The translations under genes were made by a program, and so were the position numbers. DNA of 64,000 nt, taken from positions 17,798 to 81,797 of the forward strand of contig CACGNZ010000003.1 in NCBI GenBank assembly GCA_902574475.1, written 5' to 3'. The stretch is from an uncultured Alphaproteobacteria bacterium (GTDB lineage Bacteria > Pseudomonadota > Alphaproteobacteria > HIMB59 > GCA-002718135). The notes beneath the pieces were generated by a model. The model worked only from the letters and a program-made list of their open reading frames with translations. It did not search any database and was not told the origin of the DNA. Shown piece after piece: positions 17,745 to 27,144 of this stretch. Within the stretch, counting starts at the first letter, position 1, and every line of letters starts with the position of its first letter.

Positions 17745-20700
17745 ATGAATTATACACCTTTTATGTCAGTTTTTGATGTTGATCCACCTATTATTGATAA
17801 TAAACATTTAATTAAATGGTTAAAGATTAATTTTTCTTTCCTAAGAAATAAATTACTCAAAATTAAACAACTTGATAGTGAAAGGGATATAAATTTTATT
17901 ATATTCATAAATAATAAAAAAAAATATGTATTAAAAATTTCAAACCCATCAGAAAAAATAAATATATTAAAATACCAAGATAGATTAATTAATTATTTAC
18001 GAAGTGATCTTAGTCTTAAATCTTTTATTCCAAAAATACACCATACAAAGATTGTAAAATATTTAGATAAAAAAAATAGAGAATGCTTTGTTAGGATCTT
18101 ATCTTATATTGAAGGGCGCATGTATGGAGATACAAAAAGTAACAATAAAATTGAAAATTCTTTAGGTAAGTTACTTGGAAAAGTATCAACTAAGTTGAAA
18201 ACATTTAACGATATAGATGCCCATAGAAATTTTATTTGGGATCCATCAAATATAAAATGGATTAAAAAAGACATTAATATTTTTACTGGTTCAAAAAAAT
18301 TAATTTTATTAAAATGTTTTTCAGAATATGAAAAATTTGTAAAAAATAATTTAAATAAATTAAGATATTCAATAACTCATTCAGATCCAAATAATTATAA
18401 TATTGTTATTAAAGAAAACAATGTTTGTGGTTTACTAGATTATGGAGATTCTATTTATTCTCCAACAATAAATGATTTAGCTATATGCCTTTCATATGCA
18501 TTAATGAACAATGATAATATTTATCTTACACTTAAAAATATAATAACAGAATACAATAAACAGTTTTCTATTAATGAGGATGAAATTAATTCATTAATAT
18601 CATTATGTAAGTCAAGACTTATGATTACTGTTGTAATGGCAAAAAAACAAAGAATTAAATATCCATCAAATCAATATTTAAGCATTAGTGAGAAAGATGC
18701 ATGGTCTTTATTAGAAAAATTAGACAAAATTCCTATCAATTTTTTAATATATATTGTTCGCGAAATATGCGGCTTTGATATTATTAACCATCATAATGAA
18801 ATTATAAATTATATAAATAAATTCAACTTTGGTAATATTTTTAAATTTAATTTACTTGATAAAAATAAATCTATCTTAAAATTAAGTTCTGATTCACCTT
18901 TATTAAAAGGTAATCCAGATAATAATTCGCTTAAGAAAAGAGTTAATAAAATATTTAAAGAAGATAATTCTCGTATAGGTATAGGTTTATACAATGAAAA
19001 AAGAAAAGTTTATAAGGGACCTAACTTTATTTCTGAATTAAATACGAATGAAAGACGTAATATTCACTTAGGAATTGATATTTTTATTGATCAGGGAACA
19101 GATTTATTTGCTCCAATAGATGGTAAAATTATAATTTTAAAAAATAATAATTTTAAATATGACTATGGCCCCACTCTAGTTTTAGAACATAGTTTTAAAA
19201 AATATAAATTTTATACTCTATACGGTCATTTATCTAAAATAATGTTTCAAAAACTAAAAATTGGAAAAAAAATTAAGAAAGGTGAATGGATTGGTAAAAT
19301 TGGTAATTCTAATGAAAATGGAAAATGGTTACCACATTTACATTTTCAAATTATTTTAGATTTATTACGACATGATAAGAATTTTCCAGGAGTAGGTGAA
19401 GAATTTTTATTCAATATTTGGAATAAAATTTCACCTGATCCAAATTTAATTCTACGAATTCCAAAATCTTTTTATTCCAATAATAATAAAAATTTTAAAG
19501 ATACTTTAAAGAAAAGAAGAAAAAATATTTCTGATAATTTATCAATTTCTTACAAGAAACCTCTTCATATGCTTGAAGCTAAAGATCAGTATTTTTTTGA
19601 TAGATATGGCAGGAGATACTTAGATTGTGTAAATAATATTTCCCATGTTGGACATTCAAATTCCTATGTCCATGAAGCTATGACTCAGCAAAATTTAAAA
19701 CTTAATACTAATACTAGATATCTATACGATACAATTAACGATTATAGTGAATTACTTTTAAGTAAGTTTCCAAAGAAATTAAATAAGATATTTTTCGTAT
19801 GTACAGGATCTGAAGCTAATGATTTAGCTTATAGAATAGCCCAAACTTATACTAGTGCAAAAGATGTCTTTGTGATGGACAATGCTTATCATGGGCATAC
19901 CAATGCTTTAATTGATCTAAGTCCATATAAATTTAATAGTAAGGGTGGTTCGGGTAAAAAAGATTATGTTCATGTATTAGACATGCCTGATCCCCTAAGA
20001 GGTAAGTGGAGATATCAAAATTCAAATTGGATTCAAAAATATATAGATGAAGCTAAAACGGTAATTAGAAATAAAATTAAAGAAACCAATATTGCATGTT
20101 TTTTTACTGAATGTATACTTGGTTGTGGCGGTCAAGTAATTCTTCCAAAAAATTATTTAAAAGAAATATTTTCAGAAATTAGAAGAAACAATGCATTATG
20201 TATTGTTGACGAGGTACAAACTGGTTTTGGACGCGTTGGAAGACAATTTTGGTCATTTGAAGAGCATGATGTCGTTCCTGATATAGTAACCTTGGGCAAA
20301 CCTATGGGCAATGGTCACCCTATAGCTGCTGTTATAACTACAGAAAAAATTGCTTCAACTTTTAATAACGGGATGGAATATTTTAACTCATTCGGTGGTA
20401 ATCCTGTTTCCTGTGCTATCGGTAAAGCAGTATTAGAGACTATTGATAATAATAAATTACAAAAAAATGCTTTGTTAGTTGGTAATTATTTTTTAAAAGA
20501 ATTAAAAAAAATACAACTTAAATATAAAAAATATATTAGTGAAGTTAGAGGTAGGGGGCTTTTTTTAGGAATAGATATTATTCAGAATAGTAATGTGTCT
20601 AAACCAAATAAAAAATTAGCTAAACTGCTTATAAATTATATGAAAAATCAAGGTATTTTATTGAGCACTGATGGACCTTATGACAATGTTATTAAAATAA

Positions 20701-20777
20701 AACCACCTCTTGTATTTACAAAATTAAATGTTGATCAGGTATGTAAAAACTTAGAAACTTTCTTTAAAAAATTATAA
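17745..20777 (+). CDS. Tri-domain fusion: APH/hydroxylysine-kinase-like kinase + M23 (LytM) domain + class III PLP enzyme of the AGXT2L (phospho-lyase) type
   Basis: Kinase: HSDPNNYN (HxDxxxxN) and LLDYGDS. M23: HLGID (HxxxD) and HLHFQ (HxH). PLP domain: GSEANDLA, DEVQTGFGRVG, FWSFEEHDVVPDIVTLGKPMGNGHP. The start is ambiguous (ATG 17724, 17745 or 17763). Confidence 0.85.
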   Translation: MNYTPFMSVFDVDPPIIDNKHLIKWLKINFSFLRNKLLKIKQLDSERDINFIIFINNKKKYVLKISNPSEKINILKYQDRLINYLRSDLSLKSFIPKIHHTKIVKYLDKKNRECFVRILSYIEGRMYGDTKSNNKIENSLGKLLGKVSTKLKTFNDIDAHRNFIWDPSNIKWIKKDINIFTGSKKLILLKCFSEYEKFVKNNLNKLRYSITHSDPNNYNIVIKENNVCGLLDYGDSIYSPTINDLAICLSYALMNNDNIYLTLKNIITEYNKQFSINEDEINSLISLCKSRLMITVVMAKKQRIKYPSNQYLSISEKDAWSLLEKLDKIPINFLIYIVREICGFDIINHHNEIINYINKFNFGNIFKFNLLDKNKSILKLSSDSPLLKGNPDNNSLKKRVNKIFKEDNSRIGIGLYNEKRKVYKGPNFISELNTNERRNIHLGIDIFIDQGTDLFAPIDGKIIILKNNNFKYDYGPTLVLEHSFKKYKFYTLYGHLSKIMFQKLKIGKKIKKGEWIGKIGNSNENGKWLPHLHFQIILDLLRHDKNFPGVGEEFLFNIWNKISPDPNLILRIPKSFYSNNNKNFKDTLKKRRKNISDNLSISYKKPLHMLEAKDQYFFDRYGRRYLDCVNNISHVGHSNSYVHEAMTQQNLKLNTNTRYLYDTINDYSELLLSKFPKKLNKIFFVCTGSEANDLAYRIAQTYTSAKDVFVMDNAYHGHTNALIDLSPYKFNSKGGSGKKDYVHVLDMPDPLRGKWRYQNSNWIQKYIDEAKTVIRNKIKETNIACFFTECILGCGGQVILPKNYLKEIFSEIRRNNALCIVDEVQTGFGRVGRQFWSFEEHDVVPDIVTLGKPMGNGHPIAAVITTEKIASTFNNGMEYFNSFGGNPVSCAIGKAVLETIDNNKLQKNALLVGNYFLKELKKIQLKYKKYISEVRGRGLFLGIDIIQNSNVSKPNKKLAKLLINYMKNQGILLSTDGPYDNVIKIKPPLVFTKLNVDQVCKNLETFFKKL

Positions 20778-21363
20778 AATATATTCCATAACTAATCATT
20801 AGCAGACCAATGTTTAGATCAATCCAAAACCAAGTTTTATTTGAATAAATATATTTTGATAAAAACTTTGACATATATCCCAAAGAAAAGAAAAACAAAA
20901 AACTAGCTGAAATTGCTCCAACGCCAAATGAAAATTGATCATTAAAATTTGTTGATAATGATCCCAGCAAAATAATTGTATCTAGATAAACATGAGGATT
21001 TGCGTATGTAATAAGGAATAAGGTAATTAATACTTTTCCGTATTCGTTAATTATATTTAATTTTTTATTTATATCTTTAATTTGATTTAATTTTATAACT
21101 TTATTTAATCCATAAAATATAAGCCAAATTCCACCTAATACTTTTATTATTCCTATGATACTTGGATTAATTTGAACAATATAATTAGATAGATATATTC
21201 CAATTACAATTAATAAACTGTCAGATAGACTGCAAAATAAAGTTACTGTAAAAACATAAGATTTTTTAAGCCCTTGTTGAATTACAAATAAATTTTGCGG
21301 TCCTATGGCTAAAATTAATGTTCCTCCAATTATTAATCCTTGGATAAAATCATAAATATACAT
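20764..21363 (-). CDS. LysE/ArgO-family basic amino acid exporter
   Basis: 199 aa, 6 TM, N-terminal GPQNLFVIQQGL motif. Confidence 0.85.
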   Translation of the reverse strand: MYIYDFIQGLIIGGTLILAIGPQNLFVIQQGLKKSYVFTVTLFCSLSDSLLIVIGIYLSNYIVQINPSIIGIIKVLGGIWLIFYGLNKVIKLNQIKDINKKLNIINEYGKVLITLFLITYANPHVYLDTIILLGSLSTNFNDQFSFGVGAISASFLFFFSLGYMSKFLSKYIYSNKTWFWIDLNIGLLMISYGIYFIIF

Positions 21364-21398
21364 ATTGCCTTAAATTATAATTACACTATTTTAAAATT

Positions 21399-21857
21399 AT
21401 GCACAAAATTATATTGTTTAGTTTGTTTATTTTATTATCAAAAAGTGTTTATGGAGAAATGATAAAACCAGACCCTTCAATTGGTCCTAAAGAAGTTATT
21501 TTAATTCAATTAAAAGCACTACAAAAAAATAATTCACCATTTGACGATGCCGGTATTGAACAAACTTGGGAATTTGCACATCCAAATAATAGAATGTACA
21601 CAGGTCCTCTAGACAATTTTATTAGGATGATTAAAAATCCATCCTACTCAATGATGATTGATCACTTAGAACACAATATAATTCCAGTTCAGGAACAAGA
21701 AAAAAGTTCATATTACTTTGTAGAGCTTACAGATAGAAATGGAATAAAATTTGGTTTCGAATGGACAGTAGAAAAAGTAGAGCTAAACGGTGAGTTTAAA
21801 GATTGTTGGATGACCGTAGGTGTTTCTAGGCCAATGCCTTTATCGCAAGCATCATAG
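21399..21857 (+). CDS. Secreted hypothetical protein, DUF4864-like
   Basis: Signal peptide (…SKSVYG/E). VILIQLKALQKNN…WEFAHPNNR pattern as in DUF4864. Confidence 0.5.
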   Translation: MHKIILFSLFILLSKSVYGEMIKPDPSIGPKEVILIQLKALQKNNSPFDDAGIEQTWEFAHPNNRMYTGPLDNFIRMIKNPSYSMMIDHLEHNIIPVQEQEKSSYYFVELTDRNGIKFGFEWTVEKVELNGEFKDCWMTVGVSRPMPLSQAS

Positions 21858-22513
21858 TGTGCGGAAGATTTACAAGTACTGAAGATAAAGAAAAAATTAT
21901 AAAACTTTTTCCTAACTCTGAAGTTTTAAATTACTCACATAAGTCTTACAATATATCACCGTCTAATATTGTTAATATTATTTATGAAAACAATCATAAA
22001 TTTTTAATAGATACTTTTATTTGGAGTTATAGTTTTTTTAGTAAACAAAATAATGTTACTCAATTTGTTATTAATGCAAGAATTGAAACGATTAATGATA
22101 AATATTTATTCAAAGAATCATTTACTAAAAGAAAATGTCTTATTATTGCAAATGGATACTATGAATGGAAAAATATAAATAATCAAAAACAACCATATTT
22201 AATATCAATTCCTAGAAATGAATTATTGTTTTTTGGTGGAATTTGGAGGGAAGAAATAAGAGATAATAAAAAAATGAATGTTGTCTGTATCATTACTAAG
22301 GAAGCAAATGAAAACCTTTCCCATATACATAATAGAATGCCTCTTATTATGTCTCATAATGAGGGTCTTGATTTTCTTAATGATAATGAAAATGAATTCC
22401 TACATAAAAACAAAAGTATTATCGAGGATGATTTAGACTTTTATCCAGTATCAAAAATTGTAAATAATCCAAAAAATAATGATGAAAATTGCCTTAAGGA
22501 AATATCTTTATAA
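21857..22513 (+). CDS. SOS-response-associated peptidase (SRAP/YedK) abasic-site processing protein
   Basis: N-terminal (M)CGRF with catalytic Cys2. GTG start sharing 1 nt with the upstream TAG. Confidence 0.85.
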   Translation: MCGRFTSTEDKEKIIKLFPNSEVLNYSHKSYNISPSNIVNIIYENNHKFLIDTFIWSYSFFSKQNNVTQFVINARIETINDKYLFKESFTKRKCLIIANGYYEWKNINNQKQPYLISIPRNELLFFGGIWREEIRDNKKMNVVCIITKEANENLSHIHNRMPLIMSHNEGLDFLNDNENEFLHKNKSIIEDDLDFYPVSKIVNNPKNNDENCLKEISL

Positions 22514-22570
22514 TATTTAAATTTTTTTATCGCTTTTATAATATTAATCAAATATATAATTTTTTTTTAA

Positions 22571-23509
22571 ATGAGCCATTTATTTTATAAACCTGCTAAA
22601 TCTAGATTACACAGAAGTGAATTGGCAGTTCCCGGCTCTAATCCAAAGATGTTTGAAAAAGCATTAAAATCAAATGCCGATTATATTTTCTTAGACCTAG
22701 AAGATGCAGTATCTCCAAATGATAAAATTGATGCAAGAAGAAATGTTATTAATGCAATAAAAGAATATAATTGGAAAGAAGAAGGTAAAACAATCTCTAT
22801 AAGAATTAACGGTTTGGATACACACTATATGTATCGTGATGTGATTGAAATTATAGAAGAGGTAGGTGATAGGGTTGATACATTATTAATTCCAAAAGTA
22901 GGCTCATCATCCGATGTGTATATGGTCGATTGTTTGCTTAATCAAATTGAGCAAAATAAAAAATTTGAAAATAGAATAGGTTTAGAATGTTTAATTGAAA
23001 CAGCACTAGGAATGTCTAATATTCAATCAATTGCAACATCAAGTTCAAGACTAGAAGCATTACACTTTGGAGTTGCAGATTATGCAGCAAGTATGCGCGC
23101 AAGAACTGTTGTTATAGGGGGGTTAAATCCTGATTACCCTGGAGATCAATGGCATCATGGCTTATCAACATTAGTAATGACTTGTAGATCATATGGCTTA
23201 AGAGCAATAGACGGACCTTTTGGTGATTTTAATGACAAAGAAGGATATCTTGATGCAGCAAAAAGAGCTGCAGCAATTGGTTTTGAGGGTAAATGGGCAA
23301 TACATCCATCACAAATAGATCTTGCTAATGAAGTTTTTTCTCCACCTAATGAAGAAATAGATAAAGCAAAAAAAATATTATTAGAATTAGAAAAAGCAGC
23401 TGCTGAAGGAAAGGGTGCTGCTCAGCTTGATGGAAGAATGATCGACGCTGCATCTGCAAGAATGGCTGAAAATATTGTAAATATAAATAAATTAATTGAG
23501 AGCAAGTAA
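22571..23509 (+). CDS. mcl: L-malyl-CoA/beta-methylmalyl-CoA lyase (HpcH/HpaI aldolase family)
   Basis: RLHRSELAVPGSNPKMFEKA, FLDLEDAV, RINGLDTHYMYRDV closely parallel Methylobacterium MclA (from memory). Confidence 0.85.
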   Translation: MSHLFYKPAKSRLHRSELAVPGSNPKMFEKALKSNADYIFLDLEDAVSPNDKIDARRNVINAIKEYNWKEEGKTISIRINGLDTHYMYRDVIEIIEEVGDRVDTLLIPKVGSSSDVYMVDCLLNQIEQNKKFENRIGLECLIETALGMSNIQSIATSSSRLEALHFGVADYAASMRARTVVIGGLNPDYPGDQWHHGLSTLVMTCRSYGLRAIDGPFGDFNDKEGYLDAAKRAAAIGFEGKWAIHPSQIDLANEVFSPPNEEIDKAKKILLELEKAAAEGKGAAQLDGRMIDAASARMAENIVNINKLIESK

Positions 23510-24669
23510 TGGATATACACGAATATCAAGCAAAAAAAATATTGTCTGATTTTGGTGTTAAAATTCCGACTGGTGGTATTGTTTATAGTCCAGAAAATGC
23601 AGAAAACAAAGCAAGAGAAATTGGTGGTTCAAAATGGGTTGTAAAAGCGCAAGTTCACTCAGGTGCTAGAGGTAAAGCGGGAGGAATTATAATATGTAAT
23701 TCTCCGTTAGAAGTTGCTGATGCAACTGATAAATTGTTAGGTAAAAAATTAATTACAAACCAAACTGGTCCAGAGGGTAAGATAATAAATAGAATTTATA
23801 TTGAAGAAGCAACTGATATCAAACACGAATTATATTTAGGTTTAGTGTTTGATAGATCTTCAGAAAGTATAATGGTTGTAGCCTCAACAGAAGGTGGAAT
23901 GAGTGTCGAAGAAATTTCAAAAGAAAAACCTGAAACAATTATACGATCTAAAATAGAAGTAGCAGTTGGTATTCAACAATTTCAAGCAAGAGAAATAGCT
24001 TTTGGTTTAGGAATTGAATCCAAATTGATCTCAAGAGCTGCAAATACAATTATTGGTTGCTATAAAGCTTTTAGTGAGCTTGATGCGACAATGGTTGAAG
24101 TTAACCCATTAGTTGTATCACACCAAGATGAAATATTAGCATTAGATTGTAAAATGAGTTTTGATAATAATGCAATGTTTAGAAGAGACGAAATTGCAGA
24201 ACTTAGAGATAAAACACAAGAAAATTCAAATGAAGTTTATGCTTCTGACAGAGGAATGAATTATGTAAGCTTAGATGGGAATATTGGTAATATTATTAAT
24301 GGTGCAGGCTTAGCAATGGCTTCAATGGATATGATCAAACTTGCTGGTGGCGAACCAGCAAATTTTTTAGATGTTGGTGGAGGCGCAACACCTGAAAAAA
24401 TAGTTAAAGCTTTTAAATTAATCTCTATGGACACAAAAGTTAAGGTTATATTAGTTAATATCTTTGCAGGGATTAACAGATGTGATTGGGTTGCAGAAGG
24501 AATTGTTCAAGCCTTATCAAAAATTGAAATTAAACATCCTTTAGTTATACGTTTAGCTGGAACTAACGTCGAAAAGGGAAATGAAATACTTAAAAAAAGC
24601 AATATAAATTACATTGAAGCATCAACATTAGAAGATGCAGCAAATAAAGCAGTGAAGGCTCTTGGATAA
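23509..24669 (+). CDS. mtkA: Malate--CoA ligase (malate thiokinase) beta/large subunit; SucC paralogue
   Basis: ATP-grasp N-terminus MDIHEYQAK. VGIQQFQAREIAF and NIFAGINRCDWVAEG resemble MtkA rather than SucC. 1-nt overlap with mcl. Confidence 0.75.
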   Translation: MDIHEYQAKKILSDFGVKIPTGGIVYSPENAENKAREIGGSKWVVKAQVHSGARGKAGGIIICNSPLEVADATDKLLGKKLITNQTGPEGKIINRIYIEEATDIKHELYLGLVFDRSSESIMVVASTEGGMSVEEISKEKPETIIRSKIEVAVGIQQFQAREIAFGLGIESKLISRAANTIIGCYKAFSELDATMVEVNPLVVSHQDEILALDCKMSFDNNAMFRRDEIAELRDKTQENSNEVYASDRGMNYVSLDGNIGNIINGAGLAMASMDMIKLAGGEPANFLDVGGGATPEKIVKAFKLISMDTKVKVILVNIFAGINRCDWVAEGIVQALSKIEIKHPLVIRLAGTNVEKGNEILKKSNINYIEASTLEDAANKAVKALG

Positions 24670-24671
24670 TC

Positions 24672-25568
24672 ATGTCTATAATCATTCACAAAAATACAAA
24701 GATTTTAGTCCAAGGATTCACAGGAAAAATTGGAAGTTTTCATGCTGAAGAAATGATTAAGTATGGTTCTAACGTTGTTGGCGGGGTAACACCTGGTAAG
24801 GGTGGTATGACTCATTTAAATCTTCCTGTTTTTAATACTGTTAAAGAAGCTGTAGATCAAACTGGAGCATCAACATCAATTTTATTTGTCCCACCAGCCT
24901 TTGCAGCAGATTCAGCAATGGAAGCTGCTGATGCAGGTATTAAAACGTGTGTGGCTATTACTGACGGTATTCCTTCTCATGATATGGTTAAAATAAAAAG
25001 ATACATGAAAAGATATCCAAAAGATAAAAAAATGGGATTAGTAGGTCCGAATTGTGCAGGAATAATTAGCCCTGGTAAATCTATGTTAGGTATTATGCCT
25101 GGCCACATTTACAAAGAAGGTAAAATAGGAATAGTTAGTAGATCTGGCACTTTGGGATATGAAGCTGCACAACAACTTAAAGATTTGGAAATTGGTGTTT
25201 CAACAAGTGTAGGTATAGGAGGCGATCCGATAAATGGAAGTTCTTTTAGAGATATAATTGAAAAGTTTGAAAATGATGATGAAACTATTGCAGTTTTAAT
25301 GATAGGTGAAATAGGTGGCCCACAAGAAGTTGAAGCTGGACAATTTGCTAAAGAAAATATGAGTAAACCTGTAATTGCGTATATAGCAGGACTAACTGCA
25401 CCTAAAGGTCGTGTGATGGGGCATGCTGGCGCAATTGTTTCTGCTTATGGTGAAAGCGCAATAGAAAAAGTAGAACTTCTTAAAGAGTGTGGAGTTACAA
25501 TTTCCAAAAACCCTTCTGTGATGGGTGAAACTGTAAAAAAAGTATTAGTAGAAAATAATTTGAATTAA
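24672..25568 (+). CDS. mtkB: Malate--CoA ligase alpha/small subunit; SucD paralogue
   Basis: CoA-binding VQGFTGKIGSFH, phosphohistidine loop MGHAGAI. Confidence 0.75.
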   Translation: MSIIIHKNTKILVQGFTGKIGSFHAEEMIKYGSNVVGGVTPGKGGMTHLNLPVFNTVKEAVDQTGASTSILFVPPAFAADSAMEAADAGIKTCVAITDGIPSHDMVKIKRYMKRYPKDKKMGLVGPNCAGIISPGKSMLGIMPGHIYKEGKIGIVSRSGTLGYEAAQQLKDLEIGVSTSVGIGGDPINGSSFRDIIEKFENDDETIAVLMIGEIGGPQEVEAGQFAKENMSKPVIAYIAGLTAPKGRVMGHAGAIVSAYGESAIEKVELLKECGVTISKNPSVMGETVKKVLVENNLN

Positions 25569-25583
25569 TATAATTAAAAAATA

Positions 25584-25721
25584 ATGAAATTTTTATATAA
25601 AAATGAATTCTGGATGTTAATTTTTTCTCTAGGTGTTCTTTATTGGTTATTTAATCCATCAGTCTTAACAACCTTAGTTATGATTGTGCCACTGCTATTA
25701 GCCGTTTCTTCTCGTAAATAA
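25584..25721 (+). CDS. Candidate 45-aa small membrane protein (below the track cutoff)
   Basis: ATG 25584 to TAA 25719-25721: MKFLYKNEFWMLIFSLGVLYWLFNPSVLTTLVMIVPLLLAVSSRK. It lies in the largest intergenic gap (208 nt). Confidence 0.25.
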   Translation: MKFLYKNEFWMLIFSLGVLYWLFNPSVLTTLVMIVPLLLAVSSRK

Positions 25722-25776
25722 AGCTAGGTTTTATACTTACTGATGCAATAACGTTTATCGTATTTATAGTTAAAAA

Positions 25777-26340
25777 ATGAAATTATATCTTATTAGACAT
25801 GCAGAGTCAGAAGCTAATGCAGCATCAGATTTAGATAATCCAACTTATTATTATGATGCAAGAATTACTCAAAGAGGAATTGAGCAAGCAAAAAAATTAA
25901 ATAATAGAATTAAAAATCTCAAATTTGATAATTATTTTTGTTCCCCCTTAACAAGAACATTGGAAACATTCTCTATTGTTTTTCCATCTAATAAACCTGT
26001 AATTGAACCATTAATAAGAGAACATTTGTATCACTCATGTGATGTAGGAAGACAACCAAAAAAATTAAAAAAAGAATTTAATGATTTTGATTTTAATAAT
26101 TTAAATGATTTTTGGTGGAATAATAACAAACCTATAAATGAAAAAAAAATTATACAAGAGTCTCACAATGATATTAAAATGAGATTAAAATCTTTTCTAC
26201 TATCTATCAAAAAACTTAATTTACAAAAAATTGTATTAGTCAGTCATGGTACATTCTTAAGTCAAATAACTGAATATATGCTGGATAACTGTGAGGTATA
26301 TGATTGTGAGTACAACGAGGTATATGAAAAATTTTTTTAA
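25777..26340 (+). CDS. Histidine phosphatase (phosphoglycerate mutase-like) family protein
   Basis: N-terminal LIRHAESEAN (RHG-type catalytic motif) and distal SHG. Confidence 0.8.
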   Translation: MKLYLIRHAESEANAASDLDNPTYYYDARITQRGIEQAKKLNNRIKNLKFDNYFCSPLTRTLETFSIVFPSNKPVIEPLIREHLYHSCDVGRQPKKLKKEFNDFDFNNLNDFWWNNNKPINEKKIIQESHNDIKMRLKSFLLSIKKLNLQKIVLVSHGTFLSQITEYMLDNCEVYDCEYNEVYEKFF

Positions 26341-26363
26341 TTTAATTCTTAATAAATAAAAAT

Positions 26364-27131
26364 CTAAAACATCTCATTTATTATTTTATTTAATTTTTGT
26401 GTTACTCTATCAATTATTTTTTTTCCTATCTGTGCATTGGATTTTTTAGGATCTCCAATAATTCCACTTTTACTTAACTCTTTAGTTACCCAAGCTTTCT
26501 TAATATTTTTCTCATAAGAAATGGTTTTAGATGATAAATAATCGGGAGATAATCTATGTTTAGAAATTTTAGATTGCCTAACTAGGTTTGGAAATAAATA
26601 TAACATAATAGATGTTTCAAATTCTCCACCGTGATAACCAAAGTCTTTTTCTTTACTTGATATAATCCCTTTAAATTGATCAAATAAAAAATATGTGCCT
26701 TTTACTATGTTTATCTTAAATTCTGATTTCAATTCTTTAGCAATAATATCTATATGACTAATTTGTCCACCATGACTATTTAAAAGTAATATATTTTTAA
26801 ATTTCAATTTACATACATTTTCTAAAATTGATAAAGAGTGTGATATAAATTCCAATGAATCAATACTTATAGTACCATCAAAATCTGTATGTTCAGCAGC
26901 TGAACCAAAATATATTTCAGGCATAATTAAATATTTATTTGAATTATATTTTTTATTGAATTCTAATAATATTCCTTCAAGAATTTTTTTATCAGTATTT
27001 AATGGAAGGTGCGGACCATGTTGTTCTATTGATGAAAATGGGAAAATTAAAACCGTTTTTCTATTTAATTTTTTAATTTCATTAGTTGTTAATTCTTCCC
27101 AAAAGTTTGTTAGCATTTTTTTATTATACAT
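26364..27131 (-). CDS. Creatininase-family metal-dependent amidohydrolase (family also contains archaeal ArfB formamide hydrolase)
   Basis: FSSIEQHGPHLPLNTD and NSHGGQ motifs. Confidence 0.85.
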   Translation of the reverse strand: MYNKKMLTNFWEELTTNEIKKLNRKTVLIFPFSSIEQHGPHLPLNTDKKILEGILLEFNKKYNSNKYLIMPEIYFGSAAEHTDFDGTISIDSLEFISHSLSILENVCKLKFKNILLLNSHGGQISHIDIIAKELKSEFKINIVKGTYFLFDQFKGIISSKEKDFGYHGGEFETSIMLYLFPNLVRQSKISKHRLSPDYLSSKTISYEKNIKKAWVTKELSKSGIIGDPKKSNAQIGKKIIDRVTQKLNKIINEMF

Positions 27132-27144
27132 TTATAAGTAAATT

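Noticed and set aside
22514-22570. Riboswitch (for example glycine or another metabolite) ahead of mcl-mtkAB, and likewise ahead of trpB2 (3550..3647) and gyrA (45484..45612).
   Set aside because: The spacers are 57-129 nt of nearly pure A/T with no G+C-containing paired elements. They are too short and unstructured for the known riboswitch classes.
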